Origin: Hydrurus foetidus | Lineage: Eukaryota | Assembly (NCBI GenBank): GCA_900617105.1 | Contig: UYFQ01000163.1 | Location: 62,001-112,421, forward strand | Direction of reading: 5' to 3' | DNA: 50,421 nt | Position numbers and translations under genes: made by a program | In this document: in pieces, positions 11,945 to 23,536 of the stretch | Layout: every line of letters begins with the position of its first letter | Position numbering within the stretch: the first letter of the stretch is position 1 | Notes under the pieces: model-generated | What the model was told of the DNA's origin: nothing | The model's database searches: none | What the model saw: the letters and a program-made list of their open reading frames with translations, nothing else

Positions 11945-14900
11945 TTAATCATATGCATTCTCAGTGGAATTTTTCGAAACTTTTGATCCAGGGCCCTTGC
12001 CTTTTTTTTTGAGCGGTGCGGCACTTTCCTCTTCAGCGGCCTCGATGGCGGGCTGGATGGGCCGGTTTTTACCTCCCACAACAGTGCGTGTAACAGCTGA
12101 CACTCCATCAACAAATCTTGTTCTGAATATTACATTTGCATTGTTGAACATTCCTTCTTTCAAACTCACAACGATGAACTGACTCGCTGAGAAGTGCGTA
12201 CGCAACATCATTCCAATGTTCTGTGTGTGCGACAGATCTAGTGCAGCATCCACTTCATCCAAGATATACATCGGTGCGGGCTTGAACAGAAGAAGAGAAA
12301 GGATCAGGGAGAGAGCCAAAAGAGATCTTTGCCCTCCGGACAATTCTGTGAGTGAATCTTTCCATACCCCATTAAATGCCACTTTGACCTCCAATCCATC
12401 CATAACTCCTCCCCCTTCTGGTGGCTCTAATTTAGCTAGTGTACCAGGCAAGAGCATGGTGAATATTGAGCCGAAATCTCTGTTTACTTTTATCCACGTG
12501 GTTTGGAGCGCCTGGGCCTTCTTCTTGTCCAGTTCCTCTATCACAGCTTCAATCTTCACTTTGTCATTCAGAATTATCTGATAATTTTGAGAAGGAAATA
12601 GTAGAAAGTACAAATATAAGGTCGAGTTTTCGAGTGTAGCGTACAAATTTTATGAATTAAGATACGAATGTGACAGTAACAAGACTTAAATATTTTACAG
12701 AAGATGTACTTGAAGCTTAAATCATAGAACATAATATAGCTCTCATTATATAATTCAAAATAAATATAACATAAGTGCAAGGGATACCTGTTTTTTCTTG
12801 TTTAATTCAACGTACTCATTTTCAGCGCTTTCTAGTCTGCTCATGACTGTGGGGTTTACTTTGTTCTTTAGTTTGTCCTACAATGAAAGTAAGAGGAAAA
12901 AATATCAAATCAAAATATGTTCTAGTGTATTAATAATTATGGGGTAAGAAGTGTCGAGAGGATATAGGGAAAGATCAGCGTCTAGTATGGTAGACTAAAA
13001 GACAGTATAAGATTTGTCGAAGTCAACCTTAGCTGCCCCTATGTGCTATGTACTCTACCATATTATAGGCGGGATACTGTTCGTTGCAGGAGAGCGACAT
13101 CAAAGCAGACGAGAGATATGGAGAAGATGGAGAGGAGTGTAGATGAGAGTGGATTGTGGATAAGAGGAGGGCAAGGAGGAGTGGAGAGATGTGTTTCCTA
13201 ACTGACTCACCTGTTCTTCAGCGAGCTTCTTCAGTCTTAATTTGCTCTCATTAACATCCCTACTCTCAAAGTCAAAATCGCTGTCTTTCAATCCGAAAAA
13301 AGATTTCTCAGACAAAATCCACGGATTTTCTTTTTCAAGGATCTGTAGACTGGTTTTGGCATCTTTGCCACGCTTTGCCCAAGAGGCTAATTTGCCACTC
13401 ATCTTCGTGATTTCAATGGAGACTTGATCGAATATTTTGTCGCATTTCGCCTTGACAGCGGACAGTTGCTTGACCTCCGAAGAACAAGCTGACATCTCTG
13501 CTTCTTTCTCAATTCTGCATGTTTTGGATTCTTCGTATTTTTCTTTCACCACTACCATCTACAGAATACATAAATACGAGGAGGAGAAAAAATTGGATTG
13601 TTTTGATAATTTAATATCACTAGTGATGCTGCTGAATATTACAGTTTATAGTATAACATTAGTGAAAACTAAACAAGATTTTCGTCGTACCTGACTTGAC
13701 AATGTCTCAATCTCTCCATCGAATCTCTTCAAGCCCCCCACACAGATGTTCTGCTGCTCTGTCAGTGCAACCAGCTCCTTCTGGAGACCCTCCACTTCAG
13801 CCAATAGACCATCTCTTTTATTAAATATCTTAGTGAGTTCGTCACGAATCGATGCTGCAGTTTTTTGAGATTTTTTCACTTGACTTTCAAGCTCTTTCAT
13901 GGCGTTTTGTCGGTGATTCTTGAAGTCTTTTTCTGCCTCTTTCAGTCTCTTCAACTCATCAGTGGCCTTTGTGTTAGTGGACTTCAACACTATCGCCTCC
14001 TGTACGTAAATAAATAAATAAATAAATAAATAGATAAAATTACAATGAGATACAGATTCGTTTCTGGGTGATGCACAGTGAAAGAAAGAAATGAAACCAA
14101 GTGTAGTGATAAATAACCCCTCGCGTCACAAGAAATAAAGTCAAACAAAATACCGTCAAACAAAATAAAATGAAATCGAACCTCTTCGAGATCTCCAAGG
14201 GATTTCTCCAAATCACTGACGTCATTCGAAATCTGAGTGTAGCTACTCTCAGCCAATTTGCCCTCACACATTTTTAGTGCGTGTTTCTTGAGATCGAGAT
14301 CTCGTTCAACCCCTCTGACTGCCGCCCCCTGGGACTCGAACCTCTGCAACATCGACTCCGCACCGGCCAACTCCTTCAACTGCATCTCCAACTCTACGGT
14401 AGCCCCGGCTAGATCCGTCATTTTTTGCAGGAGGGACCCGATGGAGTTTCGGGATCCCCCGGTCATTACCCCTGAGGGATCGAAACTATCCCCTTCCAGT
14501 GTGACTGTTCGGTTCCGCACCCTCTTATCAAATGCGATCTCTTTGGCCACTTCGGAGTTGTCGCATATGATGACGTTGCCGAATGTGTACTCCATCGCCC
14601 TTCTCACTTCTTCCTCGAACCCCACCAATTCTAGTGCTAAATTAGCATGAGACCCTTTAGAAGCCGCGAGATCGCGTGCGTACTCTACTTTCGCAGGGTC
14701 CGTGCATCTCGAGCTTATCCGGTTTAGAGGCAGAATAGTTACACGGCTTCTCAGCGCTCCTTTCTGCAACAGCAATTTGCCCGTCTGCTCTGTATCCACC
14801 ACGACTTGGAAGAGTTTATTGCCCGCAGCAACTTCAAGGGCAGTGGCGTTGAAAGCATTTGTCACCTTGACCAGTCTAGCCACCAAACCCTTCACACGTG

Positions 14901-16605
14901 TTCTGTCAAACCCCCTCTCTGGATCTTTGAAATCAAAGTTCAACCTAGCTTCAAGTTGGGCTGTAAGTCGTTCAACATCGTCCTTTAGGGCAGATGTTGA
15001 TCTTTGCAAAGAAGAGCATTTTGTTCTCAAAGCTTCTTCCTCCTTGGCATTTGATGATCCACTTGATAGTTTTTGTTCACACACACTGATAGCTGCTCGT
15101 AATGTCTCCGCTTCTTTCACGTCATTTCCATGGGCGCTTAATTGATTCTTAGCAGAGGACCTTAGTTCCTTCAGTTTCGTTTTCGCGTATTCTATTTTCT
15201 GCGATCCTTGCTGCATGGAGCTGAGGGCTTCTCTGGCTTTCTTCTCCAATATGGCCACTTGTTCTGGGAGAGAAAGCAACTCTGCGCTGCTTGCATCTGC
15301 AACACCTGCGAGAGCATTAGTGTGCCTTTCACGCATTAATACCACGTCCTTCTCGGCTGCTTCGGACTCTTTTTCTTTCGCAGACACTTCTTTTTCCGTG
15401 TTTTTAAGTTCTGTTTCTTTGGACAGTAGACTGTCCTTCGCAGCAGCAACTTGTCCCTCCAGGCTGGATGCTACCTCCTTCTCTGACGTCATACTCTCTG
15501 TCTGGTTCTTGAGCAACGTCTTCAACTTAACCAGTTTCTTACTGAAGTCGTCTTCTTTTTCTTTCAGCGCAGCGAACTGTTCTTTCATGCCTTCCTTCAA
15601 ATTAGAATTAATCTCGTCAATTTTGGTTCCACATTCATCAGACTCGCGCTTCTTTTGAGTTTTCGTAGCCTCATAAGCAGCTAATTCATCCACAATTGCT
15701 TGTTTGCCGGACTCATTTTCATCGATTTTCTCTTGGAGCTCCTGGAAATCGCTAGCGATGCAGAATCGTTCCAAACGAGCAAGCTCAGTGGCATTCGATG
15801 TGTAGATTGTAAATTGCTGTAACTTCTCTCGTAACCCCTCCATCTCAGGCCCTATCCGATCATCCATGCATTTACTCAAATCATCAACTTTCTGCTGTTT
15901 TTTCTCGATTGTTTTCAGCGCTGCTTCCTTCTTGGTCTGGAACATTCTTGTCCCGGCCGCTTCCTCAATCATCGAGAGAATCTCAACTGGCTTCATATTT
16001 AATACCTTTGTTATTCGCCCTTGCATAATCAGAAAGTGAGGGTTGTTGACGTTCAGCTGGACGCTGTGGAACATATCCTTTATCTCACTAGGTTGAACTG
16101 TTTTCCCATTGATCATGTACTTATTTTTTCCTCCAATAACAACCTAGAGAATTTTGTAGAAGGTGCATGAGCTTTTGGATGGTGCTAGGTGCTACATCTG
16201 AGGTGGAATACCTGCCGCGTGACAGTGATCTGCTTCGACATAGCATAATTAATTGGACTGCTTGCTTCGTCGGAGTTATTGAATACAATTGTGACCGACG
16301 CCTTCGTAACACCGGCTTGGCCTTGCTTGTAGACCAGTTCTTGAAGATTACCGGCACGGACCTACGCCAACAAGAATATCAAATTGAAATCATGTGTCAT
16401 CGAAAAAGTTCTAGGGGTCGAAGTTTTATCGCGTTACCTCTGAGAGGTTTGTTATTCCTAATACGAAGCAAATAGAGTCCAATATGTTGCTCTTCCCAGT
16501 TCCATTGAGACCAGTGATGGCATTAAATTGAGGATCAAATCCCGATATGACAGTTCTTTTGGCATAACTTTTAAAGCCATCGATGATGATTTCATGGATG
16601 TGCAT
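11945..16605 (-). CDS. SMC2: Structural maintenance of chromosomes protein 2 (condensin subunit)
   Basis: Exons 16605-16438, 16361-16212, 16143-14182, 13999-13691, 13558-13211, 12877-12788, 12577-11945. N-terminus [14 protein letters not shown]...[16 protein letters not shown] (Walker A); hinge [15 protein letters not shown]-terminal [13 protein letters not shown]...[18 protein letters not shown], typical of SMC2. Confidence 0.97.
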
Positions 16606-16788
16606 CTCTCAAGTCGATGAAATTTAAAATGAAAAGCTCTTTCTGGCAGATTTCCGAAACACGATGCGGGTAGGATGGTACCGATGCCGCGATGATCCCG
16701 CCAATAGAGCAGCTCCAGTGAGAAGAAGCTCAAGGGTCAAAGAGAAGTGGATAACAGAATTCGACGGTTGACAACTTCGCATGACTTC

Positions 16789-16822
16789 GAACTCAGAACT
16801 CAGAACTCAGAACTCAAACTCA
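16789..16822. repeat. (GAACTCA)4 heptamer tandem repeat plus a degenerate copy
   Basis: Read directly from the sequence. Confidence 0.9.
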
Positions 16823-16967
16823 ACTCCACAGAGAGACGCGTACGGTATAACGGATAGTTTCGCTCCCCACCCCTGGGGGCCATTTCACACTTATGCGCTG
16901 TACCGTACGCCGCAACACAAACATTAGTACGTAGCGCTGGTTATAGGCTTCGAATGTTCCAACATCC

Positions 16968-17001
16968 AACAATCAACAATCACCAATCAACAATCAACAA
17001 T
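16968..17001. repeat. (AACAATC)~5 heptamer tandem repeat
   Basis: Read directly from the sequence; one copy is ACCAATC (contains CCAAT). Confidence 0.9.
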
Positions 17002-17182
17002 GCATGCAAATATTTTTCGTTGGCGCTCAGCGTTCGGTGGTGAAATTTTTCAATGGCAGCTGTAGGCTAGATTCGCGTCAAACGACAAGAAAAGTGCATT
17101 ACTGGATGGAAGGAAAACATCGGTATCAGAAATCACTTCTGCGGTTGTAACTTGAATAAGAGCCAGCAACGACTGATCTACC

Positions 17183-20100
17183 ATGAATTCAATATCAGAG
17201 TATGACAATGGACTCGATGACCTTGATTACAACTGGGATAACAAATCTGACAGAAGCGATGAATCGGTCGACTACGATGTCCCACCAATAAAGAAGCCAC
17301 GAGCAGAATCAAAAGTAATCATAAAAAAAAACACAACTACAGCTTCTGTGACCGATTCAAAAGTGGTGGTCAAGAAGAAGATTGTAGCAGCAGCAGTGGC
17401 CGATTCAAAAATGGTGGTCAAAAAGAAGGTTGCAGCAGCAGCAGTGGCCGATTCAAAAGTGGTGGTCAAGAAGAAAGTTGCAGCAACAGCAGCGGTTCAG
17501 TCAACGGAGTATACATCTGATAAACCAGCTGCACCCTCTAAAGCTCCAAAGAAACCGTCATCCTCTAATGGGCACGAGCTTATACGTAGCACGTCTGCCT
17601 CGCAGGCCGCAATTACTGATCGTCTTCCAGTTATGAGCGACAATAATCCGCTTCAGATGAACAAAACTGAAAACACCGGCGAAGATTCTTTTTCTCTGGA
17701 TCAGTTTTCTCTATCGGACTCTACTGTAGAACACCTGAACGCCCGCGGGATAGCGAGTCTCTTTCCTATCCAAGCACAAACTTTCTGGCCAATTAGGCGG
17801 GGAAAAGATTTAATTGGTAGAGCTCGCACTGGACAAGGTAATGATCTCCTCATTACGTCAGTTATTTCAAAATATCGCTCCAGAAGTAGACTTATGAATC
17901 ACTTTTCACTACATGGAAATTTCAAATTACTATTGCCAACTGCTGTATTCTGATTGTTACTCATCCACATTCAGGTAAAACATTGGCGTTTTGTCTGCCA
18001 ATACTGGAGCAACTTATCTCCAATAAGATCAACACAAAATTGGTTGGTGCACATCCACAAGTACTGATAATGTCGCCTACTAGAGAACTAGCCAGGCAAA
18101 TATCTGATGAGTTCAAGACAATAAGTGCTAGCATGGGATTGAGAATAGAAGCGATTTATGGCGGGACTAGTTTGGATGGGAACTACAGACTACTAAAAGA
18201 TGGAGTGGATGTAATCGTGGGCACACCTGGAAGGATTAAGGACCTACTGGACAAGAAGTGGTTGAATGTAAACTCCGTCAAACATGTTGTGCTTGATGAA
18301 GCTGATCAGATGCTCAGCATGGGCTTTCAAGAAGAAATTCAAGCAATATTTGATGCCCTGCAACTTTCTGGTGACTCAAATAACGCCACTGAGGATTTGA
18401 CAACAAAAAAACAAGTCCTTCTATTCTCTGCAACCATGCCAACTTGGGTGCACAATCTTGCGACCAAGTATTTATCAGCTGATAAAGAGACCGTGGACCT
18501 TGTTTCTGGAATCGATGCGGTTGTAACAACTACTATACAACATGTAGCTATTCCTGCGCACTGGGCTGTACTTGGATCTGTGATAAACGATCTAATTTCA
18601 ATACATGCAGGAAAAAACGGCAAAGTGATGATATTTTCATGTTCCAAACTTGACTGCGACACTATTGCGGTTGACAAGAATATCAAACACCAGTGCAGAG
18701 TTCTACACGGAGATATTCCCCAGGCAAAAAGAGAATCCACTCTTGCAGCTTTTAAAAATGGAGACTTTCGTGTTTTAGTGTGCACTGATGTGGCTGCTAG
18801 AGGATTAGATCTGTCCGTTGAACTCGTCATTCAGTCGAAACCGCCATGCAAACCAAACGGAAAGACGGATGTCGAAACGTACGTACATCGGTCGGGACGT
18901 ACGGGAAGAGCCGGGAAGACCGGTATTTGTATAACGTAAGTACTTACTGCTGAATTTGTATTTGAATTGATGTCAAGTATTATACGGTTGCAGATTTTGA
19001 ATTTACCCAATTGAACTATTCTGTCTCATTCCGTTAATTTCCTGCACTTTTCTAATTTTTTCCGTTATCAGATTATACACTTTTAAGAATCGATATGCGA
19101 TGGAAGAAATAGAAAGTCAATTAAAATTAAAGGTGGAGTGGAAAGGAGCCCCACAGCCAATAGTTTCAATGAAGTGCGCCGCCACTGTGTGTGCAGACGA
19201 ATTAGAAAGCTCCGTAAATCCTGCAGTGTTCTCTTATTTTGAAGACGCTGCTAGGAATCTAATACTAAAAATGGGGGCAGAGAGAGCGTTGTGTGCCGCC
19301 TTGGCCAAGATCACAGGTCAGTTTTGCGACAGCGTTTGTCAATGCAATGTGCGATGTTCTATGATGTGCTATTTTGAAGCGTTATTGTTATTAACTTGTG
19401 TCTATGTAAAGGAAGATACTACTCTCTCAGGACTTTGAAGTGGAGTGACAGTCACACATACATACATACATACATGACTTGTGAAATATGCATGTGTGAT
19501 ATGTACGTGATGTAGTTGTACTGACAATATCACCGTTTACACTGTGTAATGTAGGATTCACGGAGGTGCCCCAGACCAGATCTCTGCTGGGGTGCAGTGA
19601 CGGATTCGTCACTCTTCAGTTCCTGAGCGCTAGAGACATCCCCTCTGCAACTTACATATTCGGTAATTATTGAAGCACTTGTATTCTTGGTTTTAACGAT
19701 GCATGAGTTCTTCGTATTTATCAATTATTACTCAATAATTAATGTCATTCTATGTCCATGTGATGTTAACTACAACTGCGCCATGGTGTTTTTTTGGATT
19801 GAACTAAGTTATTATTTGCAAGCCAACCACCCACCCATGGAGCCACCGACTATTTCGCTCGCAGTGTTCTATTATGTGTGACAGTAAAGGTCAACATACG
19901 CGAAGGATCGCCATGCCATGTACTGCACTAAAATAAAGACAAATAACGCATACTGAGGGCATTTTTTCCAACGATATCTTAAATTCTTCAATTCCCATCC
20001 CCACCACTTCTTAGTTTTTCTTTCTGTATTTTTTTATTTTTCATTTTTACATTTTTACATCTTGAACAGGTGCGCTCTCGAAGCATCTATCATCCGCTGT

Positions 20101-20569
20101 ATCGGACAGTGTTATGGGTCTAAAGATATCTCGAGATAGAACCAGCGCTTGCTTTGACATTCCCAGCCACCATATGCCTGCTGTTGAAGCGCTCATTGAA
20201 GAAATGGAGGGATTTCAGTGGCTTCAAATATGCACTGAGTTGCCCTCATTTTTAGAGGAAAGTAGCAAATTCAGTAAATTCGGTGCATCTGCGAATACTT
20301 TTGGAAGCAAGAATAGTGGAGACAAGCCAGGTGCTGCAGTGTCCATGTCTTCAGGGACAGGTGGAAGGGGTGGTGGTTACTCACCAAGTGCAGGAGGGGG
20401 CGGAAGAGGGAGGGGGAGAGGAGGTGGCGGAAGAGGAGGAGGTGGTAGAGGAGGAGGTGGACGTGAAGATTACTGGGCGGGTAGGGGTAGTAGTGGGGGG
20501 AGAGGACGGGGCGGGGAGGGGCGTGGCAGCTCCAGTAGTGGTGATTTTAAAAGAAAAAGAGAGAACTAG
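17183..20569 (+). CDS. DDX21: Nucleolar DEAD-box RNA helicase, DDX21/RH7-like, with GUCT-like region and RGG tail
   Basis: Exons 17183-17837, 17975-18935, 19072-19316, 19555-19662, 20070-20569. Motifs: LFPIQ (Q), ARTGQGKT (spliced Walker A), PTRELA, TPGR, DEAD, SAT, LHGDIPQAKRE, TDVAARGLD, YVHRSGRTGRAG. RSLL precedes the GUCT-like segment; C-terminal RGG repeats. Confidence 0.88.
17348..17491 (+). repeat. Three 48-bp coding repeats (V(T/A)DSKVVVKKKxAAAA) in the helicase N-terminus
   Basis: Units start at 17348, 17396 and 17444. Confidence 0.85.
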
Positions 20570-21401
20570 TGATTAGATTGTGAATTAAATCAAGCCACGA
20601 TGTTAACTCTAATTTCTGAGACCCCACAGATTTTTAATTCGAGCACACGGGTATTCGTATAGAGCCTATCTCGTCTCATTCGAATGAAAGAATTCAATTC
20701 ATTTCTGTCGATCTTCGACCAATGAGTCACAAGGTATAGTAAACCTGTGCGGTGGATGATGTCACGGTTGACATTTTTGAGAGGAGCAAGGGCCGGGCCA
20801 CATCATTCCACAAGACACACGCACTAGACTGTTTTGTCGGCCTTAAGCAGCCAAGTCTATCGGACAACGTAATATGCGAGCATATGAAACGAGTTACAGT
20901 TATATTGCATTTCGAGTCAGAAGTGAAACACTGTCGATCCAATTTATCCATTCTACGACATAAGGTGTTCTATCATGGCAAAATGTCACGTTGCAGACTG
21001 AAAGCAATCGTCTAAGGATGTCATCCTACAATATCATCCTATATATGCAAGAAGGTCTACAGTCTAAATGGCATAATATATAATATGGCACCCAACAATT
21101 CATGAAGAAATATAGTGCTCAGAACTATTAGCCACAAGTACTAGCTGACACCCCGAACGTTTTCTTTTTTCAAAAACCTATCAGCCAGCCCTGACGTCCC
21201 CATCCATCCCGCTGGGTCCAACTCGACTGATACTACAGTAAAATGGTTCCTGCCAACAACCAATACATTCTCAGATATTTTCAGCTGCCCGTGGAAGTTG
21301 TGGCGGGTATTCCTCTCAACTTGGTGAAGAGAGCGCTTGCACTGTCAAGATCAGCGAGTCGTTGTTGATATCTGATAGTCACTGCAGTCGTTGCAAGTAA
21401 T

Positions 21402-21809
21402 ATGGAGCCGAAACCCATTATTGTTGTTACCTCGTCGAAGTCTGTTTCGAAGAGGCGTGCATTGAAAGCGATTGACTTGTTCTTAGAGTTGCATGAGGAG
21501 GAGAAAACCATTTCGACAGATGTTACAGTGGAACGATACCGCATATCTGCCATACCAGAGGATGTCATAATGAGTCTTGTGAAAGTTAAAACTTTTTTGA
21601 TCGAAGACGTAACTCAGTCTTCAAGTTCAGCGATGAAAATCGAAGCGCCTAAAGGCATTAAAAGTGTTGAGAAACTAGGAGGATCCCCAGTCATCTCAGG
21701 AACCAAAATCAAACGAGAGGACGAGGAGGCGCCAGTCACTAAGAAATCGAGGAAGACAGTTGCAAACGATGACCATACAATTCAGAAAAAGAAGAAGGCT
21801 CGATTATAG
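21402..21809 (+). CDS. Hypothetical small basic protein with Lys-rich C-terminus (possible nuclear/nucleolar)
   Basis: 135-aa ATG ORF with protein-like composition ending QKKKKARL; no recognised domain. Confidence 0.55.
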   Translation: MEPKPIIVVTSSKSVSKRRALKAIDLFLELHEEEKTISTDVTVERYRISAIPEDVIMSLVKVKTFLIEDVTQSSSSAMKIEAPKGIKSVEKLGGSPVISGTKIKREDEEAPVTKKSRKTVANDDHTIQKKKKARL

Positions 21810-22057
21810 ATCATCATCAGTCTAGCTGACGAGTTGAGATGATCAAAGATGTGTATTCACCATCGATTAGAGTTTCATCGACTCCTTCGCAGAAAAGCCA
21901 GAGCAATTATTGTTGTAGTTGTACATAACCGATTGTACATATATTTGTTGAAACTTTACAATCTAAGAATTACATTCTATATTCAAAAATAGAGGTCGTT
22001 GCCACGGAATCGCTGAAAATCATGTCATGGAAATCTATCGTGAATTCGTCAGAGGAA

Positions 22058-22765
22058 CTAATGATGAATGTCATTTTCATGATTATCAAAAGCACACTCG
22101 GTTCCTTGTGGATCGCAGCTTTCCTCGAATAATTCCAAATCTTGGCGCTCCATGATCTTGTCCAACTCTAAGCAGGTGCACAAATTGATTCTGATGCTAC
22201 GGGAATCACCATCCATGCCCACGGAATGTCCGACCGTAAAATAAGATTTCCTGGGTGTGCGCCCCCGATTGCAGGAAACAATGTGGAATTTGTCAGCGTC
22301 CCTGACTGAACGGTCCTCTTCTGAACGATTCTCGGTTTCAGAATCTGCATGTAACATCTCGGTACTATTACCCAGAGAGACACATTTCCTGAATTGTTCA
22401 TACCCTTCAGTTTCTTCTCCTGTAGTATCATAGAAATGCCCACTCAGGACACCTAAACGGACGAAGTCCCCGTCCTCATGCATCAGACGTAGCCATCGAT
22501 CAGCAGCAGCGCACTGTTGGCTCGTAAGACCTTTGCCTTCATCAGTGATATTGCGAGTGGCGTTTCTAACATGCAAATATTTTTCTGAACATCCAAACCC
22601 TATTAATTTTTTGGCGTTTGTTGGGCCGAAAACGTTCCCGCAAACGGAAATAAGTGGTGCAGCGTGGTGCTCTAAGTCCTCTTTCGTGAAAACTAGAAAT
22701 GGATGCTGCGCGCCCGCAAAATGCAGAAGAAAATTTCCAAATGTGAGTATGTAAATCAATCTCAT
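22058..22765 (-). CDS. Divergent neuferricin (CYB5D2)-like MAPR / cytochrome b5-like secreted protein
   Basis: Signal peptide MRLIYILTFGNFLLHFAGA. VFTKEDL..ISVCGNVF, RNATR, W, LGVLSGHFYDTTGEET, PRK...CTC and C-terminal E..C.P....C are collinear with neuferricin motifs as I recall them. Confidence 0.6.
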   Translation of the reverse strand: MRLIYILTFGNFLLHFAGAQHPFLVFTKEDLEHHAAPLISVCGNVFGPTNAKKLIGFGCSEKYLHVRNATRNITDEGKGLTSQQCAAADRWLRLMHEDGDFVRLGVLSGHFYDTTGEETEGYEQFRKCVSLGNSTEMLHADSETENRSEEDRSVRDADKFHIVSCNRGRTPRKSYFTVGHSVGMDGDSRSIRINLCTCLELDKIMERQDLELFEESCDPQGTECAFDNHENDIHH

Positions 22766-23536
22766 TAGACAAAGTCCACAATGTGTCACAAGACTGGTGA
22801 TTTTAATGAAATCAGAAATGAGCGCATTTCAATATTTCGTTCAATAAGAGCGATAGTCCTCGTCTAAATTAAGAAATATGACGATCAGGCTACACTTCAT
22901 ATCATCAACTTCTTATCACATGGTGAAATGGGATTAGGTGACCTCGTAAATTGCGTTTTCCCCTAGATTCACGGGATTAGGGTTACAGAAACCTTCCCCA
23001 GATCAAAAAATCTAGACACCCCCACCCCCCTGTCTAAATTCTGGGTCACATAATCTTAAAAAAACTTAAAACAGTGATTTTTACCGTCAGCTCGAAAAAA
23101 AACAGTGGTTAATCAAAGGGGTCAGCTTGGATCTAGGATTGTGAAAAAGTTCCCGTTTCGAGTTAATGCTGCATAAAAGTTCCGCAGATTTGTAGGTTCC
23201 GGGGTGAGTTTCGCATCTACGACGTCATCCATTCTATATCAGTGAATCGGATTAAAATTTATCATATTTTGTTGAACTCCTTTGTTTTCTAATCTAATTA
23301 CTAATTTCACATTGATCTGTGGATTCGATTATTGAATGGCAAATCCAATTCATCTGCATCTAATTAAATTTATCGGTGTCTGATTAAAAATATCTGAGAG
23401 TATGTAAATAGTGGTTATGTGGAATTACTTTTCTAGGGAACCCTACAAGATTGGTACATTACTATTGACAGTTTATACACATTTTGAGAAATAATTGTTC
23501 GGTAGTTCAGCATGCAATTTATAAGAGTGAGCTGCA

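Larger units (their letters stand above)
16606..17182. promoter_or_regulatory. Divergent (bidirectional) promoter region between SMC2 and the DDX21-like gene
   Basis: Head-to-head ATGs at 16605 (-) and 17183 (+), with 577 bp between them. Contains heptamer arrays and an inverted repeat. No TSS data. Confidence 0.55.

Noticed and set aside
22930..22986. Telomere-like GGATTAGG / TTAGGG words
   Set aside because: Isolated hexamers, not tandemly repeated.
22961..23438. piggyBac-like ends CCCTAGA ... TTTCTAGGG
   Set aside because: Only ~7 bp match and no flanking TTAA target sites.
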